A stretch of DNA of 64,000 nt from Synergistales bacterium (GTDB lineage: Bacteria; Synergistota; Synergistia; Synergistales; JAFGMB01). Below, one piece after another: positions 28,326-37,735 of this stretch. The notes under the pieces were generated by a model. That model did no database searches and had not been told where the DNA came from. It saw only the letters and a program-made list of their open reading frames with translations. Made by a program: the position numbers and the translations under genes. Where the stretch lies: positions 192,001 through 256,000 of the forward strand of contig OY762654.1 of NCBI GenBank assembly GCA_963666205.1, given 5' to 3'. The stretch's first letter is position 1. Every line of letters begins with the position of its first letter.

Positions 28326-28764
28326 TACCTGGTCCTGCTTCCTCGGAAACTGCGCGGATAATTCGCCCGAGAACTCCATTGACAAACTTCGCAGATTCTT
28401 CAGTTCCAAAGGTCCTTGCAAGCTCAACAGCTTCTGAGATTGCAACAGGGATGGGTATAAGTGGCTTTATATAGCTTTCATAAAGGGCCAGTCTCAAAGC
28501 GGCCCTGTCCACTGCAACCATCCTCTCCGGGCGCCAACCTGTCAGATAGGTACGGATCAGTTTGTCGATCGCCACTCTTTCACCCCATGCTCCTCTAACG
28601 AGCATTTCAGCATATTTCCAGATCTCTTCATCTTCATCCATCGACGCGAACAAAGCGAGCGCCTCATCGGGAGACTGATCTGCCCTTATGTCAAGAGCAT
28701 ACAACATCTGAAGAGCGATCTCCCGAGACCGCCTTCTTTTTTGGGGCAAAAGGTTTTTCGACAA
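28294..28764 (-). CDS. nusB: Transcription antitermination factor NusB
   Basis: RRRSREIALQMLY, AISEAVELA, FVNGVLG. Confidence 0.95.
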   Translation of the reverse strand: MSKNLLPQKRRRSREIALQMLYALDIRADQSPDEALALFASMDEDEEIWKYAEMLVRGAWGERVAIDKLIRTYLTGWRPERMVAVDRAALRLALYESYIKPLIPIPVAISEAVELARTFGTEESAKFVNGVLGRIIRAVSEEAGPGIVHTEPDSDR

Positions 28765-28769
28765 TATTG

Positions 28770-29246
28770 CTACCTCCAGTAACGTTCCTTTAAAGATTTC
28801 AAGGTTCTTTTACCGTCTGGACACAAAAGAAGGTAAACAAGACTTGCTGCTACCAGACCTGATGCGAAAACGCTCAGAACTCCAGAAAACCCGAGATGGT
28901 ACAGTGCTACCAGCCCTGCAACAACAACACCTGTAAGTATGGGACGTGACCCTTTGATAAATTGAAGAAAGGGATTAATCCTGCTGGATCTCTGACCCCA
29001 GGATATTTTGGGTCTAAGCCCCGTAGGTTCAAAGATCTTGCTGATCTTTTCCTCGATAAGATCTACTTCAAGGGTGCTGTGGATATCAGGCAGGGTTAAA
29101 GTAGTGAGGACTTCATCCGTATCAGAGGACAGTCCAACATCTTCACACTCATAACCACTAGGCAACATGCCGGCTATGAAGTTCTTGAGTCCTTCTTTGC
29201 CAAGAAGCAGATTTCCAGTTTTTGTTCTTTTCCATAGCAGATACAT
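28770..29246 (-). CDS. Hypothetical membrane protein with two C-terminal hydrophobic helices
   Basis: ORF between asp23 and nusB with an SD-like GAGGCGGTG; start set at MYLLWK. Confidence 0.75.
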   Translation of the reverse strand: MYLLWKRTKTGNLLLGKEGLKNFIAGMLPSGYECEDVGLSSDTDEVLTTLTLPDIHSTLEVDLIEEKISKIFEPTGLRPKISWGQRSSRINPFLQFIKGSRPILTGVVVAGLVALYHLGFSGVLSVFASGLVAASLVYLLLCPDGKRTLKSLKERYWR

Positions 29247-29266
29247 GATGCACCGCCTCAAATTCA

Positions 29267-29297
29267 AAAAAGGCCGATACTCCCTGAAACCGACCTT
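29267..29297 (-). terminator. Terminator-like hairpin after asp23
   Basis: Minus strand AAGGTCGGT...ATCGGCCTT followed by TTTT. Confidence 0.5.
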
Positions 29298-29314
29298 AAT
29301 CTCAGGATTATCCT

Positions 29315-29848
29315 CTAGACCTCTTCCGTTTCACCTTCAATAGTGCCAGTTTCAACAACCTTTTCTTCTTCTACCGGCGCTTCAGGGGAAGTATCAGGTT
29401 CATCATCCACAGGAATATCTTCAGCAAAATAGACACCCTGTACGTTAACATTAACAGCTTTGACAAGGTAACCCGTGAGTTCTTCAAGCTGGTTCTTTAC
29501 GCACTCCTGAACATCCCATGCAATATCAGGGATCCGAAGTCCGTATTTAACCATTACATATACATCGACTGTGATCTCTGAGCCGGCAGCACTCTCATCC
29601 ACAGAGATCCTGACACCTTCTGTGGCTTTTCTTCCAAGACCAAGCTTTGATGCAAGTCCCGGACTTCCGGCCTGTACCCCCTTGATGGTAGCAAGTGATC
29701 GTTTGGCCAACTCCGTAATGACATCTTCGGAGATATGAACGCTGCCCTGAACGGATTTGGGCTCTTCCTGCGTGATCTCCTCTTCCATCTCAAAGACCTT
29801 TTCTTCTTCTGGAAACTGGGATTCCATTTGCTCTTTCATTCCGTCCAT
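29315..29848 (-). CDS. Asp23/Gls24 family envelope stress response protein
   Basis: GSVHISEDVI, VKYGLRIPDIAWDVQ, VNVNVQGV; acidic termini. Confidence 0.9.
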   Translation of the reverse strand: MDGMKEQMESQFPEEEKVFEMEEEITQEEPKSVQGSVHISEDVITELAKRSLATIKGVQAGSPGLASKLGLGRKATEGVRISVDESAAGSEITVDVYVMVKYGLRIPDIAWDVQECVKNQLEELTGYLVKAVNVNVQGVYFAEDIPVDDEPDTSPEAPVEEEKVVETGTIEGETEEV

Positions 29849-29862
29849 CTGTCACCCTCCTG

Positions 29863-30270
29863 TCATTTAACTTCTGGTTGTACAAAATCCTCCCCACAGG
29901 CTGGACACTGCAGCATCTCACCCTCTTCATAAGATCCGGGTTCAAAGTAGAAAATGTGACCACACTTGGGGCAGGCTACTGATTCATATATTTCGTCATA
30001 TTCCGTTTCTTCTTCCGGCTCTTCTCCCATAACATCGTAAAAGTCATCTTCGAGAGACTCGAGATCTTCATCGATCTGATCCAGATCATCGGAGAGTTCA
30101 TCATAAAGATCCCTCAGTTCTTCACCCATCTCAGTCTGTTCCACAACTTCATGGGCAAGAGAATCAAGAGCTTCCACAATTGCCGCATAAACCTTTTTCT
30201 GATTTTCATCAGCAATTTCCAGACCATCAAGAAGTCCCTTGAGGTATGCTATTTTTTCCAAGGCACCCAT
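29863..30270 (-). CDS. CD1247-like acidic coiled-coil protein with a C-terminal zinc ribbon
   Basis: EKIAYLKGLLDGL N-terminus; CPKCG...CPACG; sits directly after efp as in Clostridia. Confidence 0.75.
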   Translation of the reverse strand: MGALEKIAYLKGLLDGLEIADENQKKVYAAIVEALDSLAHEVVEQTEMGEELRDLYDELSDDLDQIDEDLESLEDDFYDVMGEEPEEETEYDEIYESVACPKCGHIFYFEPGSYEEGEMLQCPACGEDFVQPEVK

Positions 30271-30313
30271 ACATTTCACCCCTGACTTTTATTTCTCAAA
30301 TTGATGTGAATTA

Positions 30314-30886
30314 CTACTTTTTAGATCTTTCGAGATATTGACCTGTCCTTGTATCGACAACTATGGAATCACCGACATTGACGAAAACCGGAACAGTTAT
30401 GGTTATTCCCGTTTCAAGAGTTGCAGGTTTACCACCTCCCGAAACGGTATCACCCTTAAAGGCAGGAGATGTCTCAATTACTTTGAGAACCACATTTTTG
30501 GGAAGTTCCACCCCTACAACTTTGTTTTCATGAAGTTCGAGCATAACTTCCAGGTTATCAGTAAGATAGTTAGTTACCGGACCCAGGACTTCATTGGAAA
30601 TATAGATCTGATCATATGTTTCCAGATCCATAAAAACATAATGATCTCCATCCTGAAAAATGAACTGTGCCGCTTTTTCGTCAAAGATTATCCTTTCAAA
30701 TTTTTCGCCTGAACGGAAAGAATTCTCGATTATCGAACCTGTATCGAGGTTCTTCAGTTTGGTCTTGATCACAGCTCCACCTCTGCCCATTTTGTGGTGC
30801 TGGTAATCAAGTATCTCCCAGATAGCATCCTGCCATTTAATTTTCATGCCAGAATAGAAATCAGAAGTATCAACCACTAAAGCCAT
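30314..30886 (-). CDS. efp: Elongation factor P
   Basis: HHKMGRGGA loop, KGDTVSGGGKPATLETG, VDTRTGQY; start set at MALVVD. Confidence 0.96.
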   Translation of the reverse strand: MALVVDTSDFYSGMKIKWQDAIWEILDYQHHKMGRGGAVIKTKLKNLDTGSIIENSFRSGEKFERIIFDEKAAQFIFQDGDHYVFMDLETYDQIYISNEVLGPVTNYLTDNLEVMLELHENKVVGVELPKNVVLKVIETSPAFKGDTVSGGGKPATLETGITITVPVFVNVGDSIVVDTRTGQYLERSKK

Positions 30887-30954
30887 ATATTTCATCCTCC
30901 TAGATCATGTAACATACTAATATCAGTAGAATACAGCATTTCACCCTTTTGTGC

Positions 30955-30991
30955 AAAAAAAATCTGAGAGGAACAAAGGTTCCTCTCAGAT
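30955..30991 (-). terminator. Intrinsic terminator of pilMNOPQ
   Basis: 13-bp perfect stem ATCTGAGAGGAAC/GTTCCTCTCAGAT, 4-nt loop, 7-T tract on the minus strand. Confidence 0.8.
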
Positions 30992-31009
30992 CCCTGATTC
31001 AGATTCGAA

Positions 31010-32743
31010 TTATAGCTGGAGTTCCTCAATCGGTCCATCAGGAGTTTCAAGGATATAGGGTATTACGATAATAGCAACCTCGGTTTTGGTGTTTGTGTGT
31101 GATGTATTCTTGAAAAGCTCACCAAGAAGGGGAATATCACCCAGGATGGGAAGCTTTGTCTGTTCGGTCGTGTCACTTTCCTTGTCAAGGCCTCCTATAA
31201 CAAAGGGTTCACCATTCCTTACCCTGACCATGGTTTCAACTTCCCGGGTACTGGTCTGTGGAAATTCTTCGCCCTGGGAACCGCTATAAGTACCGATGAT
31301 CTCACCTGTCTGGACACTAAGCTCAACAGTAATGATTCCATCCCGGCCTATTGTGGGGGTGCATTCAAGCTGTGGACCAACCTGTTCTTCATCATAGGTG
31401 GGATTACCAGCATCATCACGTTCAGATATGTACTTGTAATTTTCTACCAGTTTGATGGTAGCCGTACCACCGTCCACTGTTATTACAGAAGGATCAGCAA
31501 GTACATTACCCTTGTTCTCTGTCACCAGCATGTTGATACCGGCATCAAGCAGTTTTACAGAGCTTCCGGCGACATCTTCAAGATCAACGTTCACTGGACT
31601 GGTAGCCCTGTCATTATCAGGATCGTAGGCTGCAGAACCATCTTGATTGACTGATACTCCACCAAAAGCAAGACCGCCTGAACTGTAGTTGAGGAACCAG
31701 TTCTTGTATACACCGGCCAGAATGCTTTCCAGATCTTTCTTGCCGGTATCCGTAACTTCAATGATCCTCGCCTTCAACATCACCTGTTTTCCGGGATGAT
31801 CAATACGCTTTAGCACCTTGGACACCTTGATAAACTGGTCATCACGAGCTGTAACATAGATAGTCCGGAGGCGTTCATCTACCACGACCTGGTTTACTCC
31901 GGCAAGGCCCTGGAGAAGTCCTCCAACAGTCTTGGGATCGGCATAACCGATACGATAAGACATGGTCTTTTCCCTGCCAAGGGTTTTACCCAGATTGTCC
32001 GCCTTTCCTACGATAATAGTTTTCCCCATGATGGAATAGGTAACATCATACATCTTCATCAGATAACCAAAGGCCTCACTGAGAGGAACACCCTTGAGTG
32101 TCATTGTTACATAAGCATCCGGAACTGATGGATCGGCGATGATATTCATGTTTATGATATCTCCGAACATCCTGAATACATCCCTGAGTTCCACATCCCT
32201 CAAGTCCAGATTTACTGGAATATTCTTTGAAAAGGGATCATTTGTGTTGTAGGGTTTTAGGGAAACCCTGTCTTTCTTGAGTTGGAGCTTTTCCTTGGCA
32301 ACCCTGTCACTGGTGTGCAGTTCAAGCATGAAACTGTTGGCAGGTGCCACACCAGTTACTTTGACAAGATCCAGCTTTTTGTTAACGGTAATGGTCATTA
32401 CCAGGTCACTGCTCTCCTGAGCAAGCGAAATTCTGGAAATGAGGGGAGATGTATACCCCCTTGACCATGAGATGGAAGGAATATAAGAGTTCTCCCATTT
32501 AATGACAAGACTTGAACTGGTCGAACTCACCACGATCGGGGCAGGCATTTCAGACCCCTTCACATTCATCAGGATACTTGAATCACCTATCTGTTGGAAA
32601 ACCACTCCCTGAAGTGTGCTGAGGCCTTCGAGGTTATCGGGAAGGACAGATTCGGAAGCACCAGCTCCTGCAGGCAAATTTAATATAAATAAAGAGATCA
32701 AGCAGATGGTGAGGCTAAGAACAGAACTTTTACATAACTTCAA
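31010..32743 (-). CDS. pilQ: Type IV pilus secretin
   Basis: Signal peptide, N0 domain (LDLRDVELRDVF), QVMLKARIIEV, KLPILGDIPLLGELFK. Confidence 0.9.
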   Translation of the reverse strand: MKLCKSSVLSLTICLISLFILNLPAGAGASESVLPDNLEGLSTLQGVVFQQIGDSSILMNVKGSEMPAPIVVSSTSSSLVIKWENSYIPSISWSRGYTSPLISRISLAQESSDLVMTITVNKKLDLVKVTGVAPANSFMLELHTSDRVAKEKLQLKKDRVSLKPYNTNDPFSKNIPVNLDLRDVELRDVFRMFGDIINMNIIADPSVPDAYVTMTLKGVPLSEAFGYLMKMYDVTYSIMGKTIIVGKADNLGKTLGREKTMSYRIGYADPKTVGGLLQGLAGVNQVVVDERLRTIYVTARDDQFIKVSKVLKRIDHPGKQVMLKARIIEVTDTGKKDLESILAGVYKNWFLNYSSGGLAFGGVSVNQDGSAAYDPDNDRATSPVNVDLEDVAGSSVKLLDAGINMLVTENKGNVLADPSVITVDGGTATIKLVENYKYISERDDAGNPTYDEEQVGPQLECTPTIGRDGIITVELSVQTGEIIGTYSGSQGEEFPQTSTREVETMVRVRNGEPFVIGGLDKESDTTEQTKLPILGDIPLLGELFKNTSHTNTKTEVAIIVIPYILETPDGPIEELQL

Positions 32744-32761
32744 CTGGATCTCACCCCTTCC

Positions 32762-33403
32762 TTACATCCCGGCGGGAATTTCGATATCTTCTCCCGCCCA
32801 GGTTATTATAACTTTATCAGGTGTAATGACTTTAACCCGACCCATTCCTTCTCCAAAGGTATAGCCCGGCTTAACAACTAAGGCTTCTCCCTGGTTTTCT
32901 ATGTCAAGAACAGCATTTGTACGCTGCCCAAGGGTCATTATAGCTCTCACCGTAATCAGAGGAGGGATCACCTCTTCCGGCTGCTTGAGAATTTCCTGCA
33001 TATCCGGGATAGCCCCGATGGGAGTTCCATCAGCGGTAGTTTCAGTGGAAAGCAACCCCTCTACCGGTTTAAGGGTCGGAATAAAGGGCTTTCTTGAACT
33101 CGTTGCTGCTGCAACTGCGATGGAACTGCTGCCGGTTCTTGCCAGAACTGCATCCCTGAAGGACTGGATGATCCCTTCAAGTCTCCGGGCATCATCAGCA
33201 GCGACGTTCTTTGCGGGCGGCAGCTTGATCTGGGTGGGTTCGGAAAAATCAAGAACCTTCTTGAACATGAAACCGGACCAGACTATACCTACAACAAGCA
33301 CAAGAGCAAAGAACCACCGGAGCGCCTTGTAACTGCCGGTACCATAAAGGATATTGCTCCACATCTCAGACAATGCACTTCCATAGCTTTCACTTCCAGC
33401 CAA
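32762..33403 (-). CDS. PilP-position accessory protein (one TM segment, RKPF motif, beta-rich C-terminus)
   Basis: Lies between the PilO-like gene and pilQ; start moved to TTG 33403 after GGAGGTG. Confidence 0.6.
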   Translation of the reverse strand: MAGSESYGSALSEMWSNILYGTGSYKALRWFFALVLVVGIVWSGFMFKKVLDFSEPTQIKLPPAKNVAADDARRLEGIIQSFRDAVLARTGSSSIAVAAATSSRKPFIPTLKPVEGLLSTETTADGTPIGAIPDMQEILKQPEEVIPPLITVRAIMTLGQRTNAVLDIENQGEALVVKPGYTFGEGMGRVKVITPDKVIITWAGEDIEIPAGM

Positions 33404-33404
33404 G

Positions 33405-33911
33405 CTATTCACCTCCCCTGAGAACAGATTCAATGGTGATATTACCCTTTGAAAGCCCATCTGTGCCTGAAGAAAGGTTCAGACCGGAAACTCTTACGAC
33501 AACATCCATACCTCTCCAATCGGCGAGGGTCTGAAGAATATCATAATAGGCGCCCTCAAAGTCGATCGCGACAGCACTTCTCCCTCCACCTGCTTTTGCT
33601 GCAGTGATCCGATTGGAACGTACCGTGTTATCTGTCATTTCCTGCTGCACTTTGTCATAAAAATCTACTTCATCTTCAGGTATTCCCAGTTGATATTTTT
33701 CAAGTTCAGCAATTGCCTTTTTGAAAACAGCAACCTGTTTGGTCTTTTCCTCTACAGATCGTTCAAGGGTCAACTGGTTTCTCTTTAATGTATCAAGCTT
33801 CTTCTTGGATTCTATAACCTTGCGGCTGAAAGTATATTCCCCGTATATAGTGAGTCCGAAAAGAATGATCAGGATAAGACCCAGTACGGTTTTTTTGCTG
33901 GGGCCCTTCAT
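33405..33911 (-). CDS. PilO-like inner membrane alignment protein
   Basis: N-terminal TM, coiled coil, FEGAYYDILQTL; follows pilN. Confidence 0.7.
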   Translation of the reverse strand: MKGPSKKTVLGLILIILFGLTIYGEYTFSRKVIESKKKLDTLKRNQLTLERSVEEKTKQVAVFKKAIAELEKYQLGIPEDEVDFYDKVQQEMTDNTVRSNRITAAKAGGGRSAVAIDFEGAYYDILQTLADWRGMDVVVRVSGLNLSSGTDGLSKGNITIESVLRGGE

Positions 33912-34501
33912 TATTTACCACCCCCTGAAATACCCGAGGGATTGACCTGGGCAATATCCCTGATCTGACAGCTGAAACTGAAATCCACCATGGGTATTCC
34001 ATCCTTTTCCTTACCTCTTCTGGTATCGGGAAAACTGACCGAAGTGACAAGATCTGATTCCAGTAAACCGCGAGCGAAAAGAACCACATCATTTTCACCA
34101 TAAGAGTTTCCCTTGAGTGAAACAGAACCCTTTTTAATGCTTATGCTGTTCAACCAGACACCAGATGGGAGATTCTGTTCAAGAAGACTCAGGAATTCTA
34201 TGGTAGGAAGTTCATCTTCCAGCAGGTTAAGGGCATCAACATAGACCTTTTCCTGTTGCTGAAGGCGTTTGAGTTCGTCTGCAAGTTTCGTGTTCTGGGT
34301 CGTCAATCTGGCGATCGTTTTTTCTGTCTGCTGGATCTCGGCTTTCATGTAGTGCGCTTTCAAGGCACCGTAAACAAGGGTCAGACCGGAGACTGCAACA
34401 AAAGCCAGTAGGAGTATCACCGCGACGTACTTTGATAAGCCAATGGCACTCACCTTTGGCTTGGCCTGTTTGTCAGGCCTGAGATCGATCTTTATGTTCA
34501 T
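33911..34501 (-). CDS. pilN: Type IV pilus assembly protein PilN
   Basis: IDLRP, TM, coiled coil, LPSGVWLNSI. Confidence 0.82.
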   Translation of the reverse strand: MNIKIDLRPDKQAKPKVSAIGLSKYVAVILLLAFVAVSGLTLVYGALKAHYMKAEIQQTEKTIARLTTQNTKLADELKRLQQQEKVYVDALNLLEDELPTIEFLSLLEQNLPSGVWLNSISIKKGSVSLKGNSYGENDVVLFARGLLESDLVTSVSFPDTRRGKEKDGIPMVDFSFSCQIRDIAQVNPSGISGGGK

Positions 34502-35424
34502 TTGAGATCCCTCACTGCGAGTCCGATGGCAGCATCCCAGCCAGAGGGTTTATCTCCTGCTCCCTTTATGCCCCAGAGACTCCATGGATCTGCGATGTCT
34601 ATCTGCATGGACAGTTCACTTGAAAGATAGTCACGGAAGGCCTCTTTTTCCTTGAGTCCCCCGGCAAGGATTATCTTTTCAACAACTACACCCCGGAGCT
34701 GTGCACTGACGAAGGAAAGGGTTGAACTCGATTCCCTGACAAGAAGTTCCTGGAATTTCTCTGTAGGCTGACTGAAACCGCCAAGAATACTACGGTAGAT
34801 AATACCGTTATCAAGATACCCGACAATGAACTGTGAGGTTTCCTGTCCGACAAAAATGGCAAGAACACCACCTGTGAAAGGAGCGATTGGGTTTGTAAGA
34901 GAACGGAACATGGCTATATTGATGGGTTCGATGGAGCCAACTGGCAGACCCACACGTCTCAGAGAATCGGAAAGGACCTCAATGGTCCTGCTCTTTGAAG
35001 CAGCAACCAGGATCTTCATCTGTTCAGGATCTTCATTCTGGGGATGATCGATCTCCGCTACGTCGAAGACCGCATCCAGAGCAGAAAAGGGTATGTGCTT
35101 TTCGAAATCCCATCGAAAGGCATTTCTTGCATCTCCTATTTCCATACGAGGCATATCAATAATTCGAATAAAAACATCTCTGGAAGGAATACCAACGGTA
35201 AGGTTGGAAGGTACTTTGTTTCCCAGACGGGTCTTTAGTGAAGAGAGAGCACCCTCCAGGACCTGAACATTAGAAATAGCATCCTGCTTTACTGCATCAG
35301 GAGGCAGAGGAACTTCAACCTTGTTCACAAGGGAGAGTCTATCAGGTTCGCCACTGAGTTCGAGGAAACGTATGACCTGGTCTTCTATACAAAGACCGGC
35401 ATGACCTTTACTTCTGCCAAACAA
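34498..35424 (-). CDS. pilM: Type IV pilus assembly protein PilM
   Basis: Actin-like; HIPF, ILVAAS, IILAGG, AAIGLAVR. Confidence 0.87.
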   Translation of the reverse strand: MFGRSKGHAGLCIEDQVIRFLELSGEPDRLSLVNKVEVPLPPDAVKQDAISNVQVLEGALSSLKTRLGNKVPSNLTVGIPSRDVFIRIIDMPRMEIGDARNAFRWDFEKHIPFSALDAVFDVAEIDHPQNEDPEQMKILVAASKSRTIEVLSDSLRRVGLPVGSIEPINIAMFRSLTNPIAPFTGGVLAIFVGQETSQFIVGYLDNGIIYRSILGGFSQPTEKFQELLVRESSSTLSFVSAQLRGVVVEKIILAGGLKEKEAFRDYLSSELSMQIDIADPWSLWGIKGAGDKPSGWDAAIGLAVRDLK

Positions 35425-35673
35425 CAGATCACCCCGCTTTCGTATCTGGTCTACTGCTGATCCATAAACATCGATAACTTTAGAATAGAATACTCTAAAG
35501 TTATAACATACAATACAATCCTATCTTAATATAACTTAACAAAATTGTCGAATAATCAATTGAGAATTTATCCCTATTTCACAGGATTGACACAAATGAG
35601 GCACTATTAAAACATACCTCATTATAACTTGTTCTATATTTAATGTATTAGATAAGTTCCGATAATTAAAAAT

Positions 35674-36591
35674 CTAGTTTCGTATTCTCCAGCTTCCTTT
35701 TGTAACTGAAAGACGGTATTTCTTGGAATTTGTATCGATATCGGGTAATACATCCTCATCCCATCCTGGAATCGACCTGTCTGTTGCAAGACCAACATCG
35801 ATCTTATTCCCTCTTGTCAGGACATAGACGGAAAGTACACCACCATCATTTACAAAATAGATCTTTTCCACTCCATCAACACGAGGCTGAGCTGAACTGA
35901 TTGTCAGGTCATGTGTATAGAATTGACCATTTGAAACATAAGCATGGATCGCCCTTACATAATGAAGTTCATCATACTGGGCAATAATTCCTGAACCGGT
36001 TCCAAATGATTCCAGGGATAGATTGGGACTGGTAAAATTACTATAAACATGAAATGGTACATTGGCTGTTGGGAAAACAACCCATGCCTTCAAATCAGGA
36101 TTTGTGGAGTCATATTCAATATTATTACCATCAATGCTACTGTTCATAGTAATATCCGGAGACGGATCTGATGCAAAATCAACAGAATCAGCAATAACGT
36201 TTGATGAGGGCATAGAAAAACAGATGTAGATCTCATCATCGTCTGTTCCTGTTATTCTAATCGGTTCATCCATTGCAGAAACACCGGTAAAATTGTTAAA
36301 AGAATCGGCAAAATCAGGGGATTCATTGGGCATACCCAACCCAGCATGGAGGATGGGACCCTCCAGGATGGAAAGTACCATCTCGCCTCGCTGGCGGGCA
36401 GCGGTGATGTCATCGGTCTGCTCAAAATCAAAGATATATACCCACATAATGGAAACAACACCGGCAGTAATGATAAGGCCAACAACAATAACAATTAAAA
36501 GTTCAACCAGGGTAAAACCGCACTTCACCGTTGAACTTTCACTTTTTTTATAAGAACTGGAAATTCTTTTACTCTGCCGTTTTGTCAGCAA
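35674..36591 (-). CDS. Minor pilin, PilW-like (prepilin cleavage/methylation motif)
   Basis: G|FTLVELLIVIVVGLII; C-terminal WRIRN; intact ORF. Confidence 0.8.
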   Translation of the reverse strand: MLTKRQSKRISSSYKKSESSTVKCGFTLVELLIVIVVGLIITAGVVSIMWVYIFDFEQTDDITAARQRGEMVLSILEGPILHAGLGMPNESPDFADSFNNFTGVSAMDEPIRITGTDDDEIYICFSMPSSNVIADSVDFASDPSPDITMNSSIDGNNIEYDSTNPDLKAWVVFPTANVPFHVYSNFTSPNLSLESFGTGSGIIAQYDELHYVRAIHAYVSNGQFYTHDLTISSAQPRVDGVEKIYFVNDGGVLSVYVLTRGNKIDVGLATDRSIPGWDEDVLPDIDTNSKKYRLSVTKGSWRIRN

Positions 36592-36978
36592 AGGGACTCA
36601 CCACCCTTGTGAGGGAAACATCTTTTCTGCCGATTCCTGAAGGATATTCGATTGTGACCTGGATGGTGCTTGAGGTTTGCAGAATAATCAACAGAAAGAA
36701 CAGCGGAATAATCAGAAGGAAGATCAAGGCTAACATTGAGGTCCGATTGAAGATCAGCGACATTCGTAGAACCGTTAAAAGAACTGTAATCTACTGTTTC
36801 AACCAGATCCAGGGCATGTATTGCATAGAGGGTTGCATTTTCCTTTTCCACGGACAAAGACATGAGTTTACTGTACAATGCCGGGATCTGTACTCAACGC
36901 CAGCAATGCAATGGTAGAATATCAAAGAGCAATTAATGTTTCTACCAAAGAAAATCCAGTTTTATCGTTTAAAATCAT
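36569..36978 (-). pseudogene. Minor pilin, PilV-like, frameshifted as assembled
   Basis: MILNDKTG|FSLVETLIAL then TGA. Coding continues across frames (TIALLALST / IPALYSKLMS...DYSAN / SSTIQVTIEYP...DKTAE*), with indels near 36920, 36888 and 36676. Confidence 0.72.
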
Positions 36979-37035
36979 ATTTCCTTTTCTCAGATTATTT
37001 AATAAGGCAATAGTGTTTCATAGCCTAGATTGCAC

Positions 37036-37063
37036 AAAGATGGATTTCCTTAAGGGAAATCCA
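37036..37063 (-). terminator. Hairpin downstream of the major pilin
   Basis: TGGATTTCC/GGAAATCCA 9-bp stem followed by TCTTT on the minus strand. Confidence 0.5.
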
Positions 37064-37131
37064 CTGGAACCAAGTTCTTTCAGATTCCAGTTTTCCATGG
37101 ATTTCGTTAAATAAGTTTGATTTCGGTTTCA

Positions 37132-37613
37132 TTAGGCTGCCACTAGTTTCATATAAACGGTTGTACTGAGTACCTCCGGTAAAACCCGAATTTTCAGCGG
37201 TGTCGGAATAAAGACCGCTCATTCTTGCAATTTGCTATCATCTTCAATTATTTCATTGACGCCTGAATCAGAAGTAAGTATTTTGTCTCCCCACCATATA
37301 TATGGGACCCAGCTAAAGCTATTGAAGAGATCTGTTGTATTGAATTCTCGATCGCCATATTCATCCCAATCGCAAGCCAGTCAGTCATAGTATCTCCTGA
37401 TTCGGGCCATTGCATAATCAGCATCAGTCATAATAGAGCAGATGATTTAACCGTTCTCATATCACTTACAATTTTAGTTGCATTTGCCTTATCAGTTCCA
37501 GCACCAGCAACAAGGAGAAGTGCTCCTGCAAGGATACCAATGATGATAATGACGATAAGCAGTTCGACCAGGGTAAATCCGCGCATCTTTCTTTTCTTCA
37601 GAAATCTTTTCAT
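37132..37613 (-). pseudogene. pilA: Major type IV pilin, C-terminal half multiply frameshifted as assembled
   Basis: Strong SD AAGGAGG; MKRFLKKRKMRG|FTLVELLIVIIIIGILAG...VKSSAL then TGA at 37428. Pilin-like fragments continue in shifting frames (ADY..WP, DEY.DR, GVNE, SGLYSD, VYMKLVAA* ending at 37132). Confidence 0.78.
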
Positions 37614-37735
37614 TGTTAAAGTCCTCCTTATATAAATATAATTTTGAATTAAACTACCTTGCAAAACTGTATATGCTTGCCCTCCACCCGCTCTTTGTAA
37701 ACATCACCTCCTGTTTTAACTGGTTTCATATCTAT

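Noticed and set aside
37020..37110. c-di-GMP riboswitch near the pilin gene (GGAAAAC...GAAA...GTGCAA)
   Set aside because: It lacks the GACGCAAA core of class I and the GGGCACU pseudoknot partner of class II. An Rfam scan would be decisive.
36920..37430. In-frame TGA codons in pilA and pilV as selenocysteine codons
   Set aside because: Both sit within local indel clusters, further frameshifts follow, no SECIS-like hairpin is evident and the positions are not Cys-equivalent.
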